In this document: positions 1-8,725 of the stretch, piece after piece | Position numbering within the stretch: the stretch's first letter is position 1 | How the letters are laid out: each line of letters starts with the position of its first letter | Source of the DNA: an uncultured Gemmatimonadaceae bacterium | GTDB taxonomy: Bacteria > Gemmatimonadota > Gemmatimonadetes > Gemmatimonadales > Gemmatimonadaceae | Assembly (NCBI GenBank): GCA_963761305.1 | Contig: CAVXGK010000002.1 | Coordinates: 256,001-320,000 of the forward strand | DNA: 64,000 bases | Reading direction: 5' to 3' | Notes under the pieces: model-generated | Seen by the model: only the letters and a program-made list of their open reading frames with translations | What the model was told of the DNA's origin: nothing | Database searches by the model: none | Made by a program: the position numbers and the translations under genes

Positions 1-2
1 AA

Positions 3-557
3 GCACGACTCTCTGATCTTCTTCAACTCCGTTGGTCAGCATTGCTGGTCCGGGGCCTCATTGCAATCGCCATCGGCGTGCTGTTCTGGTCGAGGCCGGC
101 CTCCACGCTGGCCGTGATCGTGCTCGCGTTCGGCGCCTGGGCGTTCATCGACGGCGTCGTGACGGTTTGGCTCGCCTTTCAGGATCGGCCCCAGTCGTCG
201 TGGGGATGGATGCTGCTCGACGGACTCCTCGGCATCGGCGTCGGCCTGTTCGCCTTCTTCCACCCAGCGGCGACGGCGATTGGCTTGCTCTTCCTCGTCG
301 GCATTTGGGCGGTCTTTCGCGGCATCTTCGAGATCGCCGTCGCGATCTCCCTTCGCAAGGAACTGGAAGGCGAGTGGCGGCTGCTCATCGCCGGCGTTCT
401 CTCCCTCCTGTTCGGCGTGACCGTCCTCGCCCGGCCCGGTGCGGGACTCATCGCCGTGCTCTGGCTGCTGGGCATGTACGCCGTGCTGTACGGAATCATG
501 ATGGTGATGCTCGCGTTCAAGGCGCGCACCTGGGGCAAGCGTCTCTCGACGAGCTGA
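3..557 (+). CDS. HdeD/DUF308 family membrane protein (5' end outside window)
   Basis: Frame open from window start; ~6 hydrophobic segments in two repeats (LLVRGLIAIAIG..FGAWAFIDG; LLIAGVLSLLFG) typical of DUF308. Confidence 0.85.
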   Translation, partial: ARLSDLLQLRWSALLVRGLIAIAIGVLFWSRPASTLAVIVLAFGAWAFIDGVVTVWLAFQDRPQSSWGWMLLDGLLGIGVGLFAFFHPAATAIGLLFLVGIWAVFRGIFEIAVAISLRKELEGEWRLLIAGVLSLLFGVTVLARPGAGLIAVLWLLGMYAVLYGIMMVMLAFKARTWGKRLSTS

Positions 558-575
558 CGCGCCGCGATCACGCCG

Positions 576-1361
576 TCATTTCAGAATCGCGTGGAGATCG
601 CTGAGCACTTCGTCCAGCGGGTCCACGCGAACCAGCCCGATGCGCGGGTACTCGAGGTCGAGAATGACGTACGCGGAAATTGAAACAGCGGACGCGACTC
701 CGAGCATGTACAGCCAATTGCGCGTCGGGCTGCTCGCGAGCGCGTATCCACCGAGCAGTGCGGCCGCCAGCGCGGTGAGTCCGAGCATCGTGTAGATCAC
801 GCTCGGCGGATGAATCCGCCGAGCGAGGGTCTCGCGTTCCGCCGATACGAACATCGAGCTGAGGGCAGGCAGGAGAACGAGGCGCGCTCGCTCTCCACTC
901 GGAACGGTGGCTGCCGCGACCGCCTGCTCCCAGAGCCGGCGTCGCGCGGCGGTGATCTGAGGATCCTCGACGAACTTGTCGGGCGGTTCTACCCCGCTCA
1001 GGTCCGACGTGTACAGCGCGTCGATGTAGCGCCTGAAGCCGGCGCGGATGTCGGGCTGCGATTCCGCCGGCAGCAAGTCGATCGCCTCCCACCCGACGCC
1101 GATCGCGTGGACCTCGTCGCCGATGCGCTCGCGCCGGCTGTCGAATCGATCGGCCGCGCCCGAGAACGTGAATCCGATGAGCAGCCCGAGCAGACCGTAG
1201 ACGATGCGGTCGACGGTGCCGACGCCCGAGCGCGCTCCGGTTCCGTGTCGCGCGGTCTGTCGAAGGCCGAAGCGTCGTCCGGCCTCGAGCAGAAGCAGCA
1301 TGCCGAAGAACAAACCGAAGGCCTGCGCCAGAGTCAGCGCGACGAAGCGGACGTGCGACAT
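576..1361 (-). CDS. Membrane protein, DUF4239/bestrophin-like family
   Basis: ATG 1361; LLGLLIGFTFSGAADRFDSRR and ILDLEYPRIGLVRVD motifs; 4 TM segments. Confidence 0.75.
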   Translation of the reverse strand: MSHVRFVALTLAQAFGLFFGMLLLLEAGRRFGLRQTARHGTGARSGVGTVDRIVYGLLGLLIGFTFSGAADRFDSRRERIGDEVHAIGVGWEAIDLLPAESQPDIRAGFRRYIDALYTSDLSGVEPPDKFVEDPQITAARRRLWEQAVAAATVPSGERARLVLLPALSSMFVSAERETLARRIHPPSVIYTMLGLTALAAALLGGYALASSPTRNWLYMLGVASAVSISAYVILDLEYPRIGLVRVDPLDEVLSDLHAILK

Positions 1362-1539
1362 GCCCGAGCGCGCCGCACGTTCTCTGCCACACGTCGCGTG
1401 CGACCAAAGTCCAGTATCGCGTTCGCGCCCCTGCCATAGACTGCGCGTCCCCTCCCACCACTCGGCGGACGTGGATCCGCCGAGAGTTGCCGTGATCGGC
1501 AACACAACCGTGACCTCATCGTAACACAGGAGAAGACGC

Positions 1540-2820
1540 ATGGTCAGGCAATCAGAAATTAGCGAAGTCTCATCGACGATCGACGTCGCCCGCGAGACGG
1601 GACGCAGTGGAGCGACGCGACGTGGCCGCGCCGGCGCCCCGAGAGAGCCGCGCGACGAAAGGGTCCAGGAGATCGCCGACCAGCTCCGCGACACGTTCGT
1701 GCGCGAAGCGATCGCCGAAAAGGTCGGCGAGCGGCTGGAAGGCGCGATTCGCGACCGCGTGCGCGACGCGCTCCGAGCCAGGCTCGCTCGTGACCTCCGC
1801 AACCGCTTGCGCGACGTGGCGACGGGCGACGCCGAGCCCGAAGAGGTCGCCGAGCTGCTGAACGACCGGTTGAGCGACGCGATCGAGCAGCGCGTGTCGG
1901 ACGGCATTCGCGAACGCCTCGGCGGCGCGCTCCGCGAGCGGTTCACCGATTCGATTCGCAGCGCGATATCGGAGAGCTCCCTCGCCGGGCAATTCACCGG
2001 CGAGGCGACAGACGACGTCGTCGACTCGTTCACGTGCCGCGTCGAGGACGCGATCCGCGATCGAGTGCGCGAAGGCCTTCGCGAGACGGTCCGCGAGCGC
2101 CTGCGCGAGGCATCGCGCGAGCGCGTCGGCGAGACGCTTCGCCAAGTCGCCGAGGCGCGAAGAGACGGCACGGACGACGTCGAGGCGATCGTCGCCCCCG
2201 CGGCGGACCGCTTGGAGAATGCGCTGCGCGAACGCATCGCCGACGCGGTGCGCGACCGCGTTCACTCCATTCTGGCTCTGACCATCGAGGACGCCGCGGG
2301 CGATCCGCTGCGCGAGACGCTTCGCCGAGCCGTGGTGCGTCATGCGATCGAGGCGCGCACCGACGGCAGCACCACCGGCAGCGCCACGGGCAGCACCAGC
2401 GGTACGTTCTTCGATCGTTCGGCTCGCGGCGGCAACGGCGGCACGCGAACACTCGGTAACGGCTCTGGCGCTGCGATCGCCGAGGCGCTCGGTGACCGCC
2501 TGCATCAGCGTCTCGCGACGACGATTCGGGACCGCGTCGCGAACGGGCTGCGCGACCGGGTCGAGCTGGCCATGCACGACTCGCTCGAGGAAGCGCTGCG
2601 CGAGCGGCTCGGCGGCGCCATCCGCGCCGCGATCGCCGAACAGCGCGGAGCGCACAACATCGACACGACTCGACTCGCCGAGTCGATCCGCTACCACCTC
2701 GGCGATTCGCTGCGCTCGAGGCTCGCCGACGGAATCCGCGAACGGATCGGTGACGCCCTGCGCGCTCGCCTCGCCGAAGCGATCGAGACGAGCGTCTCTC
2801 AAACCGCGATGACGTCCTGA
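1540..2820 (+). CDS. Hypothetical alpha-helical protein built from 8-residue Arg/Asp/Glu/Ala repeats
   Basis: AGGAGA RBS at ~1528; repeats such as IRDRVRDA/LRERLGGA; terminator follows. Confidence 0.8.
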   Translation: MVRQSEISEVSSTIDVARETGRSGATRRGRAGAPREPRDERVQEIADQLRDTFVREAIAEKVGERLEGAIRDRVRDALRARLARDLRNRLRDVATGDAEPEEVAELLNDRLSDAIEQRVSDGIRERLGGALRERFTDSIRSAISESSLAGQFTGEATDDVVDSFTCRVEDAIRDRVREGLRETVRERLREASRERVGETLRQVAEARRDGTDDVEAIVAPAADRLENALRERIADAVRDRVHSILALTIEDAAGDPLRETLRRAVVRHAIEARTDGSTTGSATGSTSGTFFDRSARGGNGGTRTLGNGSGAAIAEALGDRLHQRLATTIRDRVANGLRDRVELAMHDSLEEALRERLGGAIRAAIAEQRGAHNIDTTRLAESIRYHLGDSLRSRLADGIRERIGDALRARLAEAIETSVSQTAMTS

Positions 2821-2845
2821 TTCAGTTCGGAAGGGGAGAAAGAAC

Positions 2846-2878
2846 GGCGGGGCGCGTCTCGAACGCGCCCCGCCTTTT
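2846..2878 (+). terminator. Rho-independent terminator
   Basis: GGCGGGGCGCGT..ACGCGCCCCGCC stem followed by TTTT. Confidence 0.85.
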
Positions 2879-2879
2879 C

Positions 2880-2971
2880 ACCGGTCTACCGGTCTACCGG
2901 TCTACCGGTCTACCGGTCCACCCGTCCACCCGTCCACCCGTCCACCCGTCCACCCGTCCACCCGTCCACCC
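2880..2971. repeat. 8-bp tandem array (ACCGGTCT)x4-ACCGGTCC-(ACCCGTCC)x6
   Basis: Read directly from sequence. Confidence 0.95.
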
Positions 2972-2976
2972 ACTGA

Positions 2977-4035
2977 CTATCGCTTCTTCGCGATCATGTT
3001 GTGCGTCTGGCTGATGTACGGGTTGCCGTGCAACGCCGCGGAGATGTCAGTGATCGCCTTCTGGCCGCGCACGCTGTTGCCGGCCGAGTCGAGCGGCGGT
3101 GAAACCACCGCGATGCCGAACCTGTCCGGTGACACGGCGATCAGGCCGCCGCCGACGCCGCTCTTGGCCGGAAGGCCCGTCACGTAGAGCCACCGACCCG
3201 AATCATCATAGAGCCCGGCGGTCGCCATCACGGCGAGGATCGCCGGCACGTGCTGGCTGCCGACCACCTGGCGTCCGGTGACGGGATTCAATCCACCGTT
3301 CGCCAGCGTCGCCGCCATCGTTGCCAGGTCGCGCGCGTTGACGTTCACCGAACACTGGCGCGTGTACAGATCGACCGCTTGAGGCCAGTTGGCCGAGATG
3401 TGGCCGTAGGCGAACATCAGGGCACCGATCGCCTGGTTGCGCTGATTGGTGGCCGCTTCCGACTTGTAGACCTCTTGATTGACGGTGAGCTGGCGGCCGG
3501 CGAATTCGTTGAGCGTGCCGATGATGTTCGCCCAGACGGCGTCGGCGCTGCCGCCGCCGATCAGGCTCGTCGTCGTGATGGCGCCGGCGTTGACCAACGG
3601 ATTCATCTGATGACCCTTGTACTGCTCGATGGCCACGATCGAGTTGAACGGCTGACCCGTGGCGTCGACGCCCATGTTCTTCTCGATGGACATCTCGCCG
3701 GAATCCTGCATCACCCTCGCCATCGTGAAGACCTTCGACACCGACTGGATCGAGACCTCGGAGGTGATGTCGCCGGCGGTGTAGACCTGGCCTTCGGGCG
3801 TGATCAGCGCGATGCCGAACAGGTTCGGGTTCACCTTGGCCAGGGCGGGGATGTAGTCGGCGTTCTTGCCCTCATTCAGATCCTTGTATTTCTCGTACGC
3901 CGCGTTCACGATGCGCTGGTAGTCGGGCGCGGTCTGCGCGGAGAGCGCTCGCGGCGCGCCGGCGAGTGCGACGAACGCGGCGAGCGTGCCAAGCCGCCGC
4001 ATGGCGACGGTGTCGAGCTGACTGACGGTCGTCAT
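2977..4035 (-). CDS. glsA: Glutaminase A with predicted signal peptide
   Basis: ADYIPALA, SIQSVSK (SxxK), NPLVNAGAI, GLPAKSGVGGG, SPPLDSAGNSVRG; ATGA overlap with upstream stop. Confidence 0.95.
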   Translation of the reverse strand: MTTVSQLDTVAMRRLGTLAAFVALAGAPRALSAQTAPDYQRIVNAAYEKYKDLNEGKNADYIPALAKVNPNLFGIALITPEGQVYTAGDITSEVSIQSVSKVFTMARVMQDSGEMSIEKNMGVDATGQPFNSIVAIEQYKGHQMNPLVNAGAITTTSLIGGGSADAVWANIIGTLNEFAGRQLTVNQEVYKSEAATNQRNQAIGALMFAYGHISANWPQAVDLYTRQCSVNVNARDLATMAATLANGGLNPVTGRQVVGSQHVPAILAVMATAGLYDDSGRWLYVTGLPAKSGVGGGLIAVSPDRFGIAVVSPPLDSAGNSVRGQKAITDISAALHGNPYISQTHNMIAKKR

Positions 4036-5384
4036 TGCTTTCCTCCAAAGGTCTGCGAAAAGGAATACTTGGCGGAGAACTGCATCCGGTAGTCGTTGAA
4101 GGAGAATCCGAACCCCTTGTTTTGGCGGTAGCCCCACTGGAACTCACCGCCCATCAAGATGTTCTTCACCGGGGTCCAGAGGAGATTCACGGACGCATAT
4201 TGGCCTATCCTGAACGCGTCCTCCGTTTGGAGGTCACTGTTCTGGATGTCGACGCGGGAATAGCCGAGTGAGCTGGTGAAACGGTCGTTCCACGTGTGGT
4301 CGAGCCAGAGGACCATGCCGAAATCGGGCAGCGCCTTCCCGGTGACCGGCGTCCGCGGATCGTCGAAGTTGGATTCGATGCCGATGTCGACCGGCGCGTC
4401 GTTGAAGTAGTTCTCGACGCCGGCGCCGTAGATGAACTGCCAGTGGAAGAGGTCCTTTTTGGTCGGCTTCCAACCGCCGCTCAGCGACACACCGCCACCG
4501 ACGGTGCCGCCGCTGAGATCGAACGTGTCGGCGGGGAACACGTCGTCCCAGCGAAAAATCCGCAGCATCGCGCCGATCTTCACGTACCCCCAATCCGCCC
4601 CATAGCGGTACGTGCCCGAGAAGTCGGGCGACGGAAAGCGCGGCAGCACGTTCTGGAGCTCTTCACGGTCGGCGAGCGTGCCGAGGTCGCCGCTGGCGCC
4701 GGGCCGTTCAAGCGCGAAAATGACGCGAGTGCCGTCCGGCTTGTTGATCGGCTCCCAGAAGAGTTGCACGTTGCGGAAGAACAGCATGCCGTTCGGGCCC
4801 CAATACTCGATGATGTTCGGAAAGACGTCGAGGTCCATGAACGGACTCTCCGTCTGGCCGGCGCCGAACTTTCCCCATTGGCCGTACATGTGCCGCGGTC
4901 GAATCGTCGTCTGACCCGCGTCCGGGCCGACGCCGAACAAGTCCCAGTCGATGACGACGGTGATCGGCGGCCCGCTGGTGGGTATGGTCGCCTTCGTGCC
5001 GAACCGCGTTTGGCGCGCGCTGAACCACGAATGCCCGTTGTGCCCGAATTCGTCGGTGAACGCCGGCAGCTTCGAGGGGCGGTTGACGTCGAACCAGTTC
5101 GGGTCGTTCGTCTTGAAATCGCCGATCGCGTCGGCCATCGCGAATCCGTAGATCTCGATCTTGGTCGACGTGTCGCCGCTCTGCCGCTTGACCGCCGGCG
5201 CCGGCGTGGAGTCGTTTGCCGAACGGCCTTGCGGCGCGATTCCCTGCGTCGCGCCGACGCTCGCTCCGACCACCAGCATCGCGGCCGCCTGCCCAAGACC
5301 GACACACCATCGCGCGACGTCTCGTCTCATCGAACTCCGCATTGCGTTCACCCTTGGTGTCGAGTTGCCTTGGCGCGCCGTCAT
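4032..5384 (-). CDS. dcaP: DcaP-family outer-membrane porin
   Basis: Signal peptide; IYGFAMAD, SARQTRFG, GQTESPFMD motifs; C-terminal MQFSAKYSF beta-strand. Confidence 0.8.
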   Translation of the reverse strand: MTARQGNSTPRVNAMRSSMRRDVARWCVGLGQAAAMLVVGASVGATQGIAPQGRSANDSTPAPAVKRQSGDTSTKIEIYGFAMADAIGDFKTNDPNWFDVNRPSKLPAFTDEFGHNGHSWFSARQTRFGTKATIPTSGPPITVVIDWDLFGVGPDAGQTTIRPRHMYGQWGKFGAGQTESPFMDLDVFPNIIEYWGPNGMLFFRNVQLFWEPINKPDGTRVIFALERPGASGDLGTLADREELQNVLPRFPSPDFSGTYRYGADWGYVKIGAMLRIFRWDDVFPADTFDLSGGTVGGGVSLSGGWKPTKKDLFHWQFIYGAGVENYFNDAPVDIGIESNFDDPRTPVTGKALPDFGMVLWLDHTWNDRFTSSLGYSRVDIQNSDLQTEDAFRIGQYASVNLLWTPVKNILMGGEFQWGYRQNKGFGFSFNDYRMQFSAKYSFSQTFGGKQ

Positions 5385-6499
5385 TGCCACTTCGCGTGCG
5401 CCGCTTCCCACGCGCGGACCTTGCGTCGAGCCGCGTCGAACAGCCGTTCATAGTTCTCCACCCGCACCTTGGCTCGCGCCTCGGGCGTCAGCGCGTTCCA
5501 GAGCGGGCGGTACAACGCGTCGGTGATCAGGTACGCCGCGGCGTCCTTCGGCGCGACGGCGTCGGTGCCAAACAGGAATCGGTCGGGATACGTGTTGATC
5601 AGGGTCGCGGCCGCATGCAGCGCTTCGGGCGACGCGACGAGATAGCGCGCCACCACGTCCCACGAGATGTCGAAATACAGATTCGCAAAGGCGGGATCGG
5701 CGAGCATCGACGCGAGGATCGCCGCATGGCCGCGGACGGGCCGTACGACGCGGCCGATGCCGGTGTGGGCCCAGATGATGGTCGTCCCCGGGTGCCGCCG
5801 GATGAGTGCTTTCATCTCATCCAGGTACGCGGGATGTGCGACGACTTCGTCGCAGCCCTCGCACGGCTTCAGCGTCGCCGAGTCGGCGGCAAACGGCACG
5901 TCCATGTCGTTGTGGATGAGCGCCACGAGACCGATCTCGCCGGCCACCGACAACACGCTGTCCAGCGCCGGGTTCAACAAGCTCGCCGGCCCCGGGCGCA
6001 CCGCGTCGGAGACGAACTCCTTGTGGATCGTGAACTCGCCGATCCCGCTGAAGACGCCGGGGAACGTCCGCAGCACGCGGCGGATGTGGTCGGCCGCGTA
6101 CATGTCGCCCGGATTGAACCCGGTGATCATCGGGTCGAAGCGCGCCTGCTCGCTCGGCGAAAGCGATCGGTACTGCATCGCGATGTACGCGTCGGTGAAC
6201 GAGTAGTAGTAGAGCGGCGCGTCGGAGTGGAGGTAGTACGTCGGCGCATTCGCGCCGTTGACGGCGTCGAGCCACTCCTGCTGCAACGGGATGCCGAACA
6301 CGGCGACGCGCCCGATGCTGTCGCCGAGCAGCGAGAGGAACGCCTTGAGCGTCGGCCCGCGCTGGATGTAGTTCGTGAGGTGAAAGTGCGAGTCGGTGAG
6401 CACGACGTGGTTCGCGGGCGGCGCTTGACTTGCGAGCCGCGTCGGGAGGGACGCGAGCAGCGCGACGGTCAGCCAGCGAATCGGTGTGCGTGGCGGCAT
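5381..6499 (-). CDS. Exported amidohydrolase-superfamily (TIM barrel) protein
   Basis: Signal peptide; DSHFH, GIGEFTIHKE, WAHTG, YFDISW, DRFLFGTD metal-site motifs. Confidence 0.85.
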   Translation of the reverse strand: MPPRTPIRWLTVALLASLPTRLASQAPPANHVVLTDSHFHLTNYIQRGPTLKAFLSLLGDSIGRVAVFGIPLQQEWLDAVNGANAPTYYLHSDAPLYYYSFTDAYIAMQYRSLSPSEQARFDPMITGFNPGDMYAADHIRRVLRTFPGVFSGIGEFTIHKEFVSDAVRPGPASLLNPALDSVLSVAGEIGLVALIHNDMDVPFAADSATLKPCEGCDEVVAHPAYLDEMKALIRRHPGTTIIWAHTGIGRVVRPVRGHAAILASMLADPAFANLYFDISWDVVARYLVASPEALHAAATLINTYPDRFLFGTDAVAPKDAAAYLITDALYRPLWNALTPEARAKVRVENYERLFDAARRKVRAWEAAHAKWQ

Positions 6500-6675
6500 C
6501 TACGGGGGTGCGAAGCGCGTTCGTGCGCGTCGCAAGGTCATGGGCGTGACTTGCGGCGCCCATTGGCACTTGGGCTCACGAGCGATCCGGGCCGCGCGAA
6601 CTTCACGGAACTTCGTGCGGTCTCGCGCGCATTTCGCGCGACGCGGCATATTCGTTGCGCTCGTCGTCCATTTCT

Positions 6676-7269
6676 ATGACTCATACCAACGCCAGCAGAA
6701 GCGCACGCGGCCGAGCCGGGATCGGGCGGTCCGTGGTGTTCGCCGCGACGCTCGCCGCCGGACTCGCCGCCCCCCTCGCCGCACAGGCCCGTATCGGCAA
6801 TCACACGCGACTCGAACGGTTCGGGATCGACCTTGGCTACGGCGTCCTCCTGGGGCTGGCGTTCGCCGCCTACGACCAGTCGCGCAACGATCCGCCGCAG
6901 TGGGGCAAGGGCGGCGAGGGCTACGCCAAGCGCGCCGCCTCGAACGTCGGACAATTCGTCATTCAAGAAAGCGTGACCGAGGGGCTCGCCGCCGCCATGA
7001 ATCGTCCGCTCGACTACACGCACTGCAAGTGTCAGGGCTTCGGTCCCCGCACTCGGCATGCGCTGCTCGGCGCGGTCACGGACGAGATGCCGAACGGCAG
7101 CCACCCGTTCGCCCTGCCGCGGGTGGTCGGGGCCTACGCCGGATCGTTCGCCCAGTCGGCGTGGCGTCCGGAGGGAAGCCGCAACTGGCTGCAACTGGGG
7201 CTCGGGCGCGGCACGGTGTCGCTGGCGATCGGCGCCGGCATCAACCTCTTTCATGAATTCGTGAAATAA
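6676..7269 (+). CDS. Hypothetical exported/membrane protein
   Basis: Signal-like N-terminus (LAAPLAAQ); PPQWGKGGEGYAKR and NLFHEF motifs. Confidence 0.7.
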   Translation: MTHTNASRSARGRAGIGRSVVFAATLAAGLAAPLAAQARIGNHTRLERFGIDLGYGVLLGLAFAAYDQSRNDPPQWGKGGEGYAKRAASNVGQFVIQESVTEGLAAAMNRPLDYTHCKCQGFGPRTRHALLGAVTDEMPNGSHPFALPRVVGAYAGSFAQSAWRPEGSRNWLQLGLGRGTVSLAIGAGINLFHEFVK

Positions 7270-7279
7270 CGGATCCTCG

Positions 7280-8605
7280 CTAGAACAGCACGTCGCTGCC
7301 CAGCGAGATGATCGTTCCCGTGAGCCCGGCTAGATAGAACCCGAAGAACGAGCTCGCAGGCGACTGGTCGACGTGCATCACGTGGAGGTTGAGCCGCCAA
7401 CTCCGCGTGTGCGACGGGTAGTAGCTCGCGCCGCCGCCCAGCTCCCAGGGAAACCGCCGGAACTGGTCGTGCATGTAGCCGCCCGCGGTGTAGAGGAGCA
7501 CCGTCTTCGGCACGACCATGTATCCCGCCTCGGCCATGAAGCCGCGATCGAAGATCGAGTTGAGCGGCAGCGGCCCCGTAGCCACGAAGTCGTCGAGTGT
7601 GCGCCAGTAGAACTCACTCTGAAACGAAAAGCCGCGATACTTGGCGCCGGCGTCCGCGGCGACCTCCCGGTACGACAGCGTCGATACGATGACGCCGGGA
7701 GCGAGCGTCCCCAGCGCGAACGGATTGGTCCCGTCGGACAGGTCGATCTGCGTGTTGTTGGGTGGCTGGTCCAGCGGTGCGTAGCGACTCTCGCGGCTCT
7801 GCGCGCCTTCCACGCCAAACTGCGTGGCGAGCTTCGTGTGGTATTCGAAGTCGCCGAATCCGCCGCGCGGTCCGAACTCGCCCGTCGTCGGACGCCACCG
7901 TAGTTGCCCGCCGAACAGCATGTTGCGCGTGTCGTTGGCCTGGGTGACGCCGAGCTCGCTGATGTTGTTGTTGACGGTCAGGGTGTACGCCAGCCGCGGC
8001 AGGATGTCGCCCGTCGCGAAGAACCCCGACGAGAATCCGCCGCGAAAGGCTTCTTCCGCCATCTGGCGGTCGGAGCTCGCCCAGAACGGCCACGAGCCAT
8101 TCATCGAGCGCGCCGTCGTGCTCGGCGCTATGCCGACGCCGAACGTGAGCTGCTTCGCCACGATGTATTGGAGATTCCCGAAGAGCAGCGTCTGCTGCGT
8201 GGTCGGGAGCGACCAGAGCGTGATGTTGTAGCGAAAATGCGGGTCGTAGAAGAAACCACTCAGCCACACGATCGTGCGGTGCCAGTTGAGCGCGTTCATC
8301 GCGCCCACCGGCTGAACGTTGCCGAGGTGATCGGTGAACGTCTGGTTGCCCGGCACCTGGTCGACGTAGCGAAACAGGCCGTACGCGCTGATGTTCAGAC
8401 TCCCGAACGACGTCCTGACGATGGTGAACCCGGCGCCCGGCGTGAACTCGCCGGCCATCGTGTTCGGCAGTGTGAGCGTGGTGTCTGGGGAGGGCGGCCT
8501 CGGGTCTGCGTCCTGTCCCCACGCGGCGCATGGGTCGAACAGCGACCCCATGGTGAGCAGTGCGAAAGCAGGGAAGCGAACGCACGGCCTCGGCAATCGA
8601 ATCAT
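7280..8605 (-). CDS. Putative outer-membrane beta-barrel (OprO/P-like porin)
   Basis: Signal peptide, aromatic-rich amphipathic strands, C-terminal Phe. Confidence 0.65.
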   Translation of the reverse strand: MIRLPRPCVRFPAFALLTMGSLFDPCAAWGQDADPRPPSPDTTLTLPNTMAGEFTPGAGFTIVRTSFGSLNISAYGLFRYVDQVPGNQTFTDHLGNVQPVGAMNALNWHRTIVWLSGFFYDPHFRYNITLWSLPTTQQTLLFGNLQYIVAKQLTFGVGIAPSTTARSMNGSWPFWASSDRQMAEEAFRGGFSSGFFATGDILPRLAYTLTVNNNISELGVTQANDTRNMLFGGQLRWRPTTGEFGPRGGFGDFEYHTKLATQFGVEGAQSRESRYAPLDQPPNNTQIDLSDGTNPFALGTLAPGVIVSTLSYREVAADAGAKYRGFSFQSEFYWRTLDDFVATGPLPLNSIFDRGFMAEAGYMVVPKTVLLYTAGGYMHDQFRRFPWELGGGASYYPSHTRSWRLNLHVMHVDQSPASSFFGFYLAGLTGTIISLGSDVLF

Positions 8606-8647
8606 CGCGCCCTCGGTGCTGGGTAGCCTGCCCCCAGGGCGGATGAT

Positions 8648-8689
8648 CGACCTTCGGCCAACTCACGACATATGCGACCTTCGGCCAAC
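8648..8689. promoter_or_regulatory. 15-bp direct repeat CGACCTTCGGCCAAC x2, candidate operator
   Basis: Perfect copies at 8648-8662 and 8675-8689, upstream of the porin start. Confidence 0.4.
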
Positions 8690-8725
8690 GAACGTCAGCT
8701 GGTCGCCGCCGTACAGCCCGCGCCG

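Noticed and set aside
576..2237. 553-aa ORF as one protein
   Set aside because: The upstream part is the antisense shadow of the repeat protein; the membrane protein starts at ATG 1361
2880..2971. CRISPR array
   Set aside because: 8-bp units without unique spacers; no cas genes in the window
6598..6633. GAACTTC direct repeat / ECF promoter
   Set aside because: Short match with a weak -10; could be chance
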